Origin: Geosiphon pyriformis uo1
Taxonomy: Eukaryota; Fungi; Glomeromycota
DNA: 64,000 bases
Assembly (NCBI GenBank): GCA_016748015.1
Contig: JAAOMT010000046.1
Span: forward strand, 372,001-436,000
Direction: 5' to 3'
In this document: positions 29,136 through 41,094 of the stretch, in pieces
Position numbering within the stretch: position 1 is the stretch's first letter
Layout: every line of letters begins with the position of its first letter
The notes under the pieces: model-generated
The model's database searches: none
The model's input: the letters and a program-made list of their open reading frames with translations, nothing else
Told to the model about the DNA's origin: nothing
Made by a program: the position numbers and the translations under genes

Positions 29136-30154
29136 AAATAAAAAATACAATAAAATATATTTAATACTTTTTTTTATATTATTTATTTATTTATTTTTTC
29201 AAATTTTTTATTTTTAAATATTTATAAATAAAAAATTACTTGTTAATATTTATATATATATTTTTTCTTAATTTTTATTATTAAAATTAATTTAAAAAGC
29301 TATTTATTTGCTTTGTAATTTAATAATAAAAAAATGATTAAAAAATTTGTTATTAATTTTAAAAATTACTAAATAAAACATAAAATAACAGTAACAATAT
29401 TTTTATTATTATTTATTAACTTATTACTTAAATTTATAATATTATTTTGATTGTAAACAATATTTTTTTTGTTTTAAAATATTAATTAATACCTTAAATA
29501 ATTATTAATAATTAAATTAAATAATAATTAATTATTATTATTATTATTATTACTATTAATACAAAAAAACTTCTTGTCTCCTTAATTTTATGACCACAAT
29601 TAGAGCAAAAAGTAAAAAAGCTGTACCTGATATCTTTCTTAAGATATCTAATAAAATTTCAACCAAAGAAGCTCTTTCTGTTGTGGAAACAACTAGACAA
29701 AACGTTTTAGAAGTCTTCTCTTTATCTAATAATTATGAAAAACTGTCTTTGGTAGCTACTAAAGCAATTTTTTCATCTTTGGTTGGTTTTTCACCAGTTA
29801 AAGTTCCCTCAAAGAGACACACTTGGGTTAGTCTTAATGTTGTCTCTACTCCAACTAAGAGCCTAAAAGTTTTTAATAATAGATTTGTAAACAAGCTGGT
29901 TTTCCCTTTTTTTGCTTCAATATCTAGTGCTGCTAGCACTACCTTTTCAAAAAAAATGGTCAAAAAAACCAAAAGTTCAGAAAAGTAAAAGCAGTTATTT
30001 GCCTCTGCTATTGTTACACCGAACCTCTTTGTGGTTTCCAATGAAATCTTAGGTGAGATTTCTATAGTATTATCTGGCACATTATCCAAAATAGGCCAGA
30101 ATTAACCATTGGCTGTACTGCCTAATGTAGTATCTTTTGACAGATTGTTATCAG

Positions 30155-31166
30155 TGTTACCAATAGAATTTTAGCTATTAATTAGCATGAAATTACTCTT
30201 ATAATTCCTATAATTAATTAGTATATTAATATTATTTCAAATTATCATTTATTATTTAATCAATTATTACATATCACGATTCAATTAAAATAATCTAATT
30301 AGTATAACAGAAAGTAGGATGATCAAATTACACAATACTCTGAACTTTGTAACATTCTAAAATTCACTGAAATTTACAGAAATTCGCCGAAATTTATAAG
30401 AAATTTGCCGAAATTTACAGAAATTTGCTGAAATTATGAATAGTTCACCCAAATTAATCAATAGTTCAGCGAAATAACTTGTAGTTCATCAAAATGTATC
30501 TTTAGTTTGCCAAAATTTGAACAAAGAGAAAAAGTACAAGTTCATAGACTAGTACTACAACAAGTTGTATAAAAGAAGAGCTTTTCTCTTCAAGAAAATG
30601 TATCTTACTTTAGATTTTATCATTAGAACTATTTCTACACACAAAAAAAAATAAATATCAAATAATTCAAAAAACCAAATTTTTTAATTATTGCACTTGG
30701 AAAATCCCCAAAACCCAACTAACATTTTGAAATTAATTAGCTACCAATTTCAGTAAACTGTTAGTAACTTCAGACCTAGATAGAAAACGTTTCCCTTGAC
30801 AGAATTTAATTTCTTTTACTTTTCTTTTACTTTTATTTTATTTTTTTATTATAATCATTAAGGTAACCTACAGACGAGATTTCTGTAGAAGAGTTGACTT
30901 TCACAGCAAAGTAACTACACATTTTAGTGAGCTTCCAGACGAGCAATTCTTGGGAAAGAGTTGACATTTACTACAACATAACTACATAAAGTAACTGGCA
31001 TGAAATTGGCCATTCCACTTATAAGCCCAGCAAGTTCAAATTATAGAAGATAATTTGAAGATAAATTCAGTTATTGAAGGTTCAACTACTTCTAAAAAAA
31101 ATGTGAATTTGCAACCAACAGACATTTACAATATTCAAGAAAAGAGACCAAAAACCTTCAGTAACA
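30155..31166 (+). repeat. Gypsy-1 5' LTR (1012 bp)
   Basis: Direct repeat of 39107-40077, with 41 extra bp of GAAATT tandem repeat. Confidence 0.93.
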
Positions 31167-31168
31167 TT

Positions 31169-31180
31169 TGGTGCTCTCCC
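31169..31180 (+). promoter_or_regulatory. Primer binding site (TGGTGCTCTCCC)
   Basis: TGG (complement of tRNA CCA) 2 nt after the LTR end. The same TGGTGCT occurs at 11265 and 41097. The tRNA species is not identified. Confidence 0.8.
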
Positions 31181-31211
31181 ACAGAAATAACACAGCAACA
31201 ACAAATTCAAA

Positions 31212-33771
31212 GTGGTGACCACAACAGACACAGCAACTCTAGAGTATTACCAGTCAATTTACACCTACTGTAAGCAAAGATTCAATATTCCAGACGGAAT
31301 TGAAGTTGTCAAGAAATCAGTATACCAATACATTGAAAATCACATTAACAATTATCTTTTTGGAAACTACAACATTTCAGAAATTAGAAGCAACCTCTAC
31401 AATAATTTAGTACACTATTCACAATTGGGAACAGAAGACCTGAACAGTGAAACACTTGCTACTTATTTCCAAAAACTTAATTTTAATATTATTGAGTATT
31501 GTGAAAAAAAATACCCAGTACAGTCTAAATACTCTTTTGACTTTGAATCAGAAACAGAAACAAGCAACAAAGACAAACAAAGATTAAAGCAATACTCAAG
31601 AACCACTCCAAACACTCCAACACTACAAAAGACAACTGCCAAACACTTGCAAACACCTGAACAAAGAACCAATGTCAAATTACCACTTTCTATTACACCA
31701 TTTCCAATTTCACTTGTTTGATCACAAACACCAAGTTCACCACTTAACCATTTCTTCAGACCAGAAGATTTTCAGTCACCTAGAAATCCTACTCAACAAC
31801 AGAAACCAATATCAATAAGTGCCAATATTATTGATTACTTATAGGAAAACGAAAGTAATCACTCAAAAAGCTTGGAAAGTGAAGAAACTAAATCAGAACC
31901 AGAAGAAATTACAGAAAACAAAGAAGAAATGACAACTGTTTACATTGCAAAAATCCCAGAATTCACTGGTAAAGACAATGATACCAGTCCTCAAGAATGG
32001 CTTGACAAAGTTCAAAAAGCAGAAGATCTAAATGGTTGGATTGCAATAAGAATGCTCAAAGCAATTCCTTACTTTTTCCAAGGAACAGCAGAAGAATGAT
32101 TTGAAAACTTAGAAGAACCATTTGAAAACTGGCAAGCATTCAAAGATGCTTTTTTACAACAATTTACTGACAATAATACCTCTATCACTCTCAGAAACTG
32201 CTTTTACAATATTAAACAAGAAACATCTGAAACTGTTATGACCTATCTTGGAAGATTTAACAAACTTCTCAGATGAATCCAACAATTGGAAACCAATGAT
32301 TACTATTCTGATGCTCAAATTCTGGATTAGTTTATAGCAGGGTTAAAAGACAAACTGATTAAGAAAGTTTGTCCACATGCTCTAGCAGACTTAGCAACTG
32401 CTATTAAACATGCAAAGAGCTATAAAATGGCAATAGAAGAAGCAAATCACACCAAGCTTGTAAACTTTGCAATTGGAGAAACCAGCTCAGCAGCTGAAAA
32501 GAAGATAGACCAACTCACAAAAAAGGCTGAAAGCTACTTCACAAACCAACAACAATAGCAACAATAACCACAAAGATATTAACCCTCACAATGACACAAC
32601 CAAAACAATTTTGGATCACCATCCAACAACCAACCTTAAAATTGTCATTATTGTGGAATTTCAGGACACTGGAAACAAGATTGTAGAAAATTACAAAGAG
32701 ACCAACAAAACAGGAGTAATCAACATTACTCTTCACTACAACAATCCTATTACCAATCTCCACTACCAACCTATTATTTACCAAAACCACAAAATTAAAA
32801 CAGTTACTATCCACTAGCTCTACAACCAATGCAGCAACAATATCAGCAACCTTTACCAATTCAGCCATATCAGATACCACCCACTCAACAATATCAAGTA
32901 CCAGCAAGAAAATTGGTTTAACATAACCAATTTACACCCCAAAATCAATTGCAGAGTAACCACAACAGAATCAATTCAAATAACCAGTCAAAATTCTGGT
33001 CAGCAAAGACCCAATCACTATCACACTCAATCCAGTTATCTTACAATACCAGAGGAATCGGATTTTCAACAAACTGCACTTTTTGAAGGTGAAGTTGCAG
33101 CACCAAAATCAAACTCTTCCAACCACACCATTCCACCAGCTCAAATTGCCCAAAATGCCAATCTGTTAGATATATTTCCATTTGAATTTGAAGCAAATGA
33201 ATCACCATTTCTGCTTAGTAATGCAGCAGTCAATGAACAGAAAGCAATTACTGTTATGTACACAGAAGCTACAGTAGAAAAAAAACCTATTTGCTTAATC
33301 TTAGATAGTGAATTGGCTGGAAGTATCATCACTTACCAGCTGATACAACAACTCAAACGAAACATAGACAGACCAGCTCAAACAGTTATTATCACAGCTG
33401 ATAGTATGAAGAAGACTCCAGTAGGAAAAATTGATGATTTCTTCTTTTCAATTGATGGAATCACCATTCCAGTTAAAGTTCTTGTTATGGATGTACCCCA
33501 ATACCAAGCTCTAGTCAAAAATGATTGGCTTTTCAAGGCCAATGCAAACCTGAACTGGGAAACTCAAGAACTTAAAATCTCATACCAAGGACAATATACC
33601 ATAGTACCTGCAATCTGTGATACCTTTAACAAACGATCAGAAAAAGCCCCAGTATTTGAATTTGAAGAGGAGAAAGAAATGCCACTTACTAAAACCTACA
33701 TGGCTCTTGGATCAACATCCAATTGGGCTGAAGAAACAGAACAGGAGATTTTTGAAGAATCAAGAGGATAA
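31212..33771 (+). pseudogene. Gypsy-1 Gag (N-terminal extension, capsid, CCHC knuckle) + aspartic protease
   Basis: IAKIPEFTGKDNDTSPQEWL capsid motif; CHYCGISGHWKQDC knuckle at ~32643; CLILDS(G>E)..GSIIT...ALV.NDWL protease. Confidence 0.88.
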
Positions 33772-33819
33772 AAAAAAGTTAGATATTCTACACCAGAACC
33801 ACGGAAACAACCACCCTAT

Positions 33820-34440
33820 ATTCCACTCAAATGCAAAGATTACAACAAAAAACTTTTATCAATGAGAACATGTATTTTTCCAGAAGAGGAATATGAAACT
33901 TGTACCTGTTACTTTTGCAAAGCATGCCATAGAAAACGATTTGGATCTCCAAAAAGAAGTGAAAAATGGGACAACATACCTTGCCTTACATGTGAAGAAA
34001 TGCTATCAGAAGAATGCAATTGGATTGATGTAGCAATGAAAAAAGGAGTATGTGATCAAATCTGTCAATATGCTCTATCAATTTTGGAAAAAGTCAGAAG
34101 AGGAACACCATTTGATGCAACATACAACAGTGCTCTCAATAAACTTTACTACTACCCTCATGATGCTGAAATGATTTTTAACCTAGCAATGGCATTGATC
34201 AATAGAGCCACCCAAGAAGATGTCTGCCAAATGAAAGAAGCTGAATATATTGAGTATACTATAGAATTAGCTGGATTTGATTATGAAGATGAAGTAGAAA
34301 CCTACCACCAAATTGCAAGCCACACATATCCGACCAAAGAAGCTCAAATTCAACAATTAAAGCAAATGAACATTCAATTGTGTGAAGAATGTGTTATGCC
34401 TTGTGATGACCAATGGTGTTTAGAATGTTATGCTCTTAGC
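33820..34440 (+). pseudogene. Cys-rich domain of unknown function between protease and dUTPase
   Basis: YFCKAC, WDNIPCLTC, GVCDQICQY and CEECVMPCDDQWCLEC. Homologous in Gypsy-0 (~14250-14870) and Gypsy-2 (~44260-44890). Confidence 0.75.
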
Positions 34441-34559
34441 ATTCCTCTGCCAGATGAGAATAATGAAAAGGAAATCGAATTTGGAGTATCTGAACTAGTA
34501 GAAGAACTACCAACTATCTCCATCTATCTTTTTGAAAAGCAACCACCTCTACAACTTAA

Positions 34560-34976
34560 ATATTTTGACAACCATGGCCAAGGAATCAGACCAGAAAAAG
34601 CACACGAAATTGATGCTGGATATGACCTAAGATACTCAGGAAAAGATACTTTGGTTCTTCAACCAAAGTCCTTGACAAAAATCAATCTTAAAATTGCTCT
34701 TAAAATTCCACCAGAAGCATCAAATTGCCTCCAGATCATCATTGTCAAGCAAAAGAATCAATATTAGAGAAGGAGTTATAGATGCAGGATATATTGAAGA
34801 CATTACCATCATGTTACAGAATGAGACAGACAAACCATTCAAAATTGAACATGCTGAAAAAATTGCTCAAGCAATTTACTTACCCTTAATCAACATTTTG
34901 GGATTACAATCAGTAAACAACAGAGAACAATTGGAAAAAAGTGAAAGAGGAACTCAAGATTTTGGTTCAACTGGAC
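34560..34976 (+). pseudogene. dut: dUTPase domain (Gypsy-1)
   Basis: All five motifs are recognisable: DAGYDL, IASRSSL, GVIDAGY, EKIAQAI, ERGTQDFGSTG. Frameshift at ~34720. Confidence 0.92.
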
Positions 34977-35419
34977 AATTTACAGTTCCAGTAAACATAG
35001 CTCTTAATACACAAAATGAATCTCACCAGATTTTTCAACTTTCTCAGCCAATTACTATTTCACCTTTTGGAGAACATCACAAAATTTACACTTGCTCAAA
35101 ACCCACCACTACACAACAAATTTTTGAATCCAATAAACAAATCTGTTTGAAGCATGAAATCTCAATTCCAAACGTTTATATTCCCAAAGGAATGAAAAAA
35201 TTCCAAGTTACATTCTACAATCCCAATAATTACCCTATTGTCTTATTAAACAAACTAGAGATTGAAATCATACACAGCAATATTTTTTAAGATGAAAACC
35301 CTCAAATTGTCTCTAATTTCATCGAAATTGTAAGGCACATTCTACTTCCAAATCCAAATATCATTCTTACTACTGAAAACTACCATTTTTTGGAAGAAAA
35401 ACTCTCTCAAATCAACATG

Positions 35420-36823
35420 AGTCTCTTAGAACCTCAACAACAAAGACAATTGAAACAATTGATAGCTGAATTTGCAGATATATTTGCAAAAGACAACAAT
35501 GACTTGGGAAAAACGGACATTGTTCAACATTAGATCCATACAGGAGATGCTCCACCAAAACGTCAACAAGCTTATCGAATGCCACCTGCTAGCCACCAAT
35601 TTATCAGAGAAGAGGTCCAAAGAATGCTCAATAACGGATTGATTTAACCATTAAGAAGTCCTTGGGCCTTACCAGTAATTTTAGTTAAAAAGAAAAACAG
35701 AAAAATCAGATTCTGTGTTGATTATAGACAACTGAATAGTGTTACAATTGGAGATGCCTACTCTTTTCCAAAAATTGATGACATGTTAGATGCTCTAGGA
35801 AAAGCCAAGTTCTTCTCAACTTTAGACTTGGAAAGTGGATACTGGCAAGTCAAAATGAACCCAAAAGACCGACCCAAAACAGCATTTACCACCCAGAGAG
35901 AAAACTATAAGTTTAATGTTATGCCTTTTGAACTCTGCAATGTACCAGCAACATTTCAGCAACTCATAGATGTTGTATATGAAGGACTCTTGTGGCAATC
36001 AATAGTTGTCTATCTTGATGACACTGATGTATACTCACCAAGCTTTGAGACTCATCTCATTTACCTGCAAAAAGTTTTTCAATGATTATGGAAAACAGGA
36101 TTAAAGTTAAACATTGAGAAATGTCACTTTGGAAAAACAAGCTTGATCTTTCTTAAACACATAGTTAGTAAAGATGGAGTCAAACCAAATCCAGGAACAA
36201 TCAGTGCTGTCAAAAACTTTCAAACTCCCAGAAATACTACAAAACTAAGAAGATTTGTAGAATTAGCCTCTTACTATTGAAAATTCATAAAAGAATTTTC
36301 AGAAATTGCCAAACCACTCAATTATCTTATCAACAAAAACGTATCATACAAATGGACTAAAGAACAACAAAAAGCTTTTGAAACTCTCAAAACAAAATTG
36401 ACAACAGCCCCAGTTCTTGCTTACCCAGACTTCAACAAACAATTCCAATTAGCCACTGATGCTTCACACATAGTATTTGGTGCCATCTTATTACAATTGA
36501 ATGAAAATGGCCAGGAATAAGTTATTGCCTATGCCAGCAGAACTCTCAAGCCAACAGAACTCAAATATGGCTCAACTGAATTGGAAGCCACTGCAGTCAT
36601 CTGGGCTCTCAAACACTTTCAACAATACCTGAAAAATGGAAAAGAATTTGACATAATAACTGACAATATTGGCCTCAAATGGCTTAATAAAAAGAAAATT
36701 GAACAAAGTGACAAACAGTCTTGATGGAATGACTTCCTAGCAGACTACAGATACATTGTACATCACAAACCAGGAAAACTACACACCAATGTTGATAGCC
36801 TCTCAAGAATGAGACAATATTAA
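35420..36823 (+). pseudogene. Reverse transcriptase + RNase H (Gypsy-1)
   Basis: SPWA.PV, RFCVDYRQLN, LDLESGYWQ, KTAFTT, VVYLDD, LATDAS, IAYASRTL, ELEA.AVIWAL, HKPGKLHTNVDSLSR. Confidence 0.95.
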
Positions 36824-36890
36824 TACCAACATCAATACCAACAAAACACCAACAAACTTAATAGCAGAACAAATAACAAGATCAACAACA

Positions 36891-38274
36891 ATGAATCCAG
36901 AAAACTACAACAACATCAAAAACTATTTAGAGACTCTTACCATGCTGGAAAATTGGTCTCCAAGTGAAAAACATCGATTACAACACCAATCCAAACAATA
37001 TTTTATACACCATAACAAAATATATTACAAAAATTGTAAAAACCCAAACCAACTACTCAGATTAGTACAGGAAAATGAAAAAGAAACAATTCTATACAAC
37101 ATGCACACAGATCTTTCTTCAGCACACTTGGGAAAAGATGGAACAATTCAAAGAACTCTTGAACATTATTTTTGGTCTCACATGCAAAAAAACATTTGAC
37201 AATATGTAGAATCTTGTGATAGTTGTCAAAAAAGAGGAGGAATTCACTCCATGGAACCTTTAAATCCAATCAAAGTTGGACAACCTTTTAACAGAGTTGG
37301 AATTGATTTAGTCGGACCATTACTTATCACAACCCAAGAAAATTGTTATATTGCAGTTGCAGTGGATTATCTTACCAAATGGCCTGAAGCTAGAGCTATC
37401 CAAAGAGCAGATGCAAAATCAGTAGCAAATTTCATCTATGAAGACATTATCTGTAAACATGGATGCCCAATTGAACTCTTATCTGATCAAGAAACACATT
37501 TTGTGAACAACTTGATACAAGAAATTTGTGAACAGTTCAATGTCAAAAAACCTCTATCATTACCTTATCACCCTCAAACAAATGGATTTGTAGAATGTTT
37601 CAATAGAACATTGTGTGAATCTTTAGCCAAAGTTTCAACAGACTTTGAACAGGAATGGGATATTTTTATTCCATTAGTATTACTAGCATACAGAATGCTA
37701 AAACAAAATACTATGAAACACACACTATTTGATCTTATTTATGGAAGGACAGCAACATTACCAATTAATTTCACAGTAGAAACATACTCAGTGCAACCAA
37801 TTAATGAAGAAAACTTTCAAGAAACACTTCAAAGAAGAGCCTACACTCTTCTTAGTACACTGGAAGGAAAAAAAAAATAGCAGTAATTCATATTGAACAT
37901 TCCCAAGCTCAACAAAAAGAAAGACATGACAACAAATTACCACCTATTACCAGCAAATTTAAAGTTGGAAATAAAGTTCTCTTACACAGAACTAAGACTG
38001 AAAAACAATAGAGTGGGAAATTTGAAAACAAATGAGATGGACCATTTTATATTCACGAAATTCTAGGCAATGGATCATACAAGTAAGACTTGATAACAAA
38101 ATACTACCAAAAGTTGCACATAAAGACAGATTGAAACACTATCATTCCAGAAACAATCCTGAACCATTAATTCCACAAATTGGTACACATTTTCCTTTAA
38201 TTAATCCTAAAGATATTCCCCGAAATTTAGAACCAATAATTATAATAGAACAACAACCAAACTTGAATACTTAA
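36891..38274 (+). pseudogene. Integrase (HHCC, DDE core, GPF module; no chromodomain visible)
   Basis: MH...HLG, SCDSCQK, VGIDLVGPL, VDYLTKWPEARAI, LLSDQ.THF, PYHPQTNG.VE.FNRTL, DGPFYIHEILGNGSYK. Confidence 0.93.
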
Positions 38275-38419
38275 ATTTTACAATAATTCTCTAATAAAAA
38301 CACAAAAACAAAAAAAGTAAATAAATTACAAAAACACCCAAACCCAAAAACAAATAAAAACCTCATATCCCAAAAATAATTTTCTTTATTTTCTCTTTTC
38401 ATAATTAGTCAATTTTATT

Positions 38420-39100
38420 ATGATTATTCCCCGAAATATTCAACAAATATCCCAAAAGTTAATGTTAGTCTTGAAAACACTTCCTGACTTATCCATAATG
38501 ATTAATGGAAGTCAAATTAATTACATTTAGAAAGAAACCACAGCCTCAGTAGCAAATCATTCACAGAACTATCACTTCTATAGAAGAAAAACAAGAAGTC
38601 ACTCTGAAAATAGATTACCAAGACTTTTGAAGTAAGCACTAGAAGAAAATCTTTTAATTGCCCTTATTGACATTCCACCAAATGCTACAATGCAACAAAA
38701 ACTTCTACTACTTCTCAATGAACAAAACAATGAACACACCCCTATCTATAAATACTTTCACATTGGAAAGACACTTTAGGAACGAAAAATGGAACTTGAA
38801 GCAACAAATCTCACTCCTAAAGCTATACAAAAACAAATCCACAATGAATTAAAACAGCAGCTGGACCAACAAACACTTGCTACAAACTTAGAGCAGCTTT
38901 TAGACTCTATGATTTGTTTAATACTTGTGAAAATGTTCTACAAAATCCAATACTACAACCAATGAAAGTCTAATACATTGGCAAACTCACAGAACTGAAA
39001 TTTCAACAATTTTCAGACCAGATTACTTCAATTATTTTGGATCACTATCTCAATATTACAGATAGTGCTTGGACTTCAACAGAGCTCAGTCTTGAGAAGG
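38420..39100 (+). pseudogene. Extra 3' ORF (ORF3) of unknown function, Gypsy-1
   Basis: MIIPRNIQQISQKLMLVLKTLPDLSIMINGSQINY aligns with the equivalent region of Gypsy-0 (~19452) and Gypsy-2 (47987). Confidence 0.6.
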
Positions 39101-39106
39101 AGATTA

Positions 39107-40077
39107 TGTTACCAGTAGAATTTTAGCTATTAATTAGCATGAAATTACCCTTATAATTCCTATAATTAATTAGTATATTAATATCATTTCAAATTATCAT
39201 TTATTATTTAATCAATTATCACATATCATGATTCAATTAAAATAATCTAATTAGTATAACAGAAAGTAGGATGATCAAATTACACAATACTCTGAACTTT
39301 GTAACATTCTAAAATTCACTGAAATTTACAGAAATTTGCCGAAATTATGAATAGTTCACCCAAATTAATCAATAGTTCAGCAAAATAACTTGTAGTTCAT
39401 CAAAATGTATCTTTAGTTTACCAAAATTTGAGCAAAAAGAAAAAGTGCAAGTTCATAGACTAGTACTACAACAAGTTGTATAAAAGAAGAGCTTTTCTCT
39501 TCAAGAAAATGTATCTTACTTTAGATTTTATTACTAGAACCATTCCTACACACAAAAAAAAATAAATATCAAATAATTCGAAAAACCAAATTTTTTAATT
39601 ATTGCACTTGGAAAATCCCCAAAACCCAACTAACATTTTGAAATTAATTAGCTACCAATTTCAGTAAACTGTTAGTAACTCCAGGCCTGGATAGAAAACG
39701 TTTCCCTTGACAAAATTCAATTTCTTTTACTTTTTTTTTACTTTTTTTTTATTTTCTTATTATAATTATTAGAATAGCCTACAGACGAGATTCCTGTAGA
39801 AGAGTTGACTTTTACAGCAAAGTAACTACACATTTTAGTAAGCTTCCAGATAAGCAATTCCTGGAAAAGAGTTGATGTTTACTACAACATAACTACATAA
39901 AGTAACTGGTATGGAATTGGCCATTTTACTTATAAGCCCAGCAAGTTCAAATTATAGAAGATAATTTGAAAATAAATTCAGTTTTTGGAGATTTAACTAC
40001 TTCTAAAAAAAACGTGAATTTGCAACCAACAGACATTTACAATATTTAAGAAAAGAGACCAAAAACCTTTGGTAACA
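39107..40077 (+). repeat. Gypsy-1 3' LTR (971 bp)
   Basis: Preceded by PPT GAGAAGGAGATTA (39094-39106). Confidence 0.93.
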
Positions 40078-40218
40078 CCAGTTTTAGAAGCAAAACAATT
40101 ACCTCTTGTGGTGTTACCTGTTCTTGAAAACTGGGCTAACCAAATGAAAACTGAATTATCTTCTCTTCTGGTTTTTGGTGCTGCCACTGGTAATGCTTGA
40201 GAAACTATTACTAATTGC

Positions 40219-41094
40219 TGTTACTCATAAAGAAAACAGATATAGAAAAATAGGAGACAATAGAAAAATAGTAGTTAGCATGTGAGCACATTGTTCAGCA
40301 ATGTGGAGCAATGTCAGAAAGTATGGCACATTGCTTAGCAATGTGGAGCAATATCAAAAATCATGGCATATCGCTCAGCAATGTAAAGCAATGTCAAGAA
40401 AATACAGCACATTGCTTAGCAATGTGAGCATTGCTTGAGAAATTATAGCACATCATTTGGGAATGTGAGCAATTTCATAAAACTCAAATTATGTATATAT
40501 AATGGTAGCATTAGAAGTAGAAAAGACAGACTTCTTAGTTTAGATTTGATCTAAGCAACCTTCTATTCACAAATATCAATAAATAATTATTCACTATCTT
40601 AATCCACTCTCCACTATCAACACTTCATGTTGATAGTAAGTGATACTTAACTACATGAGAACAATAGCTCTTGATTACAGCTATTGATGGGATACTAACT
40701 TGTAATTGCTTTCATTTATTTTTTTATTTTTTTATTTTATTTTCTTTGTTTTGTCATTTCATTGGTTTTACTAACTGATTAAAAATTAAGTGCTGAATTA
40801 TTGACATCAAGAATAGCCTGGTAAAAGACCCCAAAAGAAGGATATAGGAATTAAGAATTTAAGGATAGCTTACCAGAAGGGCATTTCTGCCAAGATTACT
40901 GGCCACCATGCTGAGAAAAAAATTCGATGGAATTGCAATTCCAGGAGGCTATGGAAAAGACAACACTTGAATCTCTGTCCATTATACAAAAGATTTCACA
41001 ATAAAACCTTCAAATATCGACACCAGAATACCAACCCAGCACCAAGTTACAGATTTGTTATTTGACTTGAGATTTCAAATAATCATCTGTAATA
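40219..41094 (+). repeat. Gypsy-2 5' LTR with ~38-bp palindromic tandem repeats
   Basis: Direct repeat of 48635-49513. Confidence 0.92.

Larger units (their letters stand above)
30155..40077 (+). mobile_element. Gypsy-1: complete-structure Ty3/Gypsy LTR retrotransposon (9.9 kb) with dUTPase, inactivated by stops and frameshifts
   Basis: LTRs 30155-31166 and 39107-40077 (TGTTAC..GTAACA); TSD TCAG/CCAG; PBS, PPT; gag-PR-dUT-RT-RH-IN order. Confidence 0.95.

Noticed and set aside
29500-29560. (ATT)n-like microsatellite and poly-Asn tracts (14960-15040, 44985-45060)
   Set aside because: Low-complexity sequence; the poly-Asn tracts are a linker inside the Gypsy polyprotein.
31169-31186. Assignment of the primer tRNA
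   Set aside because: TGGTGCTC fits tRNAs ending GAGCACCA, but the isotype cannot be assigned without the host tRNA set.
38032-38274. Possible integrase chromodomain
   Set aside because: After the GPF module only a short Pro-rich tail follows; no chromodomain aromatic motif (YLVKW..Y...TWEP).
38420-39100. ORF3 as a retroviral env
   Set aside because: Short and hydrophilic, with no signal peptide, fusion peptide or TM anchor visible.
40275-40475. Palindromic ~38-bp repeats resembling a CRISPR array
   Set aside because: No unique spacers; they lie within an LTR and are duplicated in the partner LTR; eukaryotic context with no cas genes.
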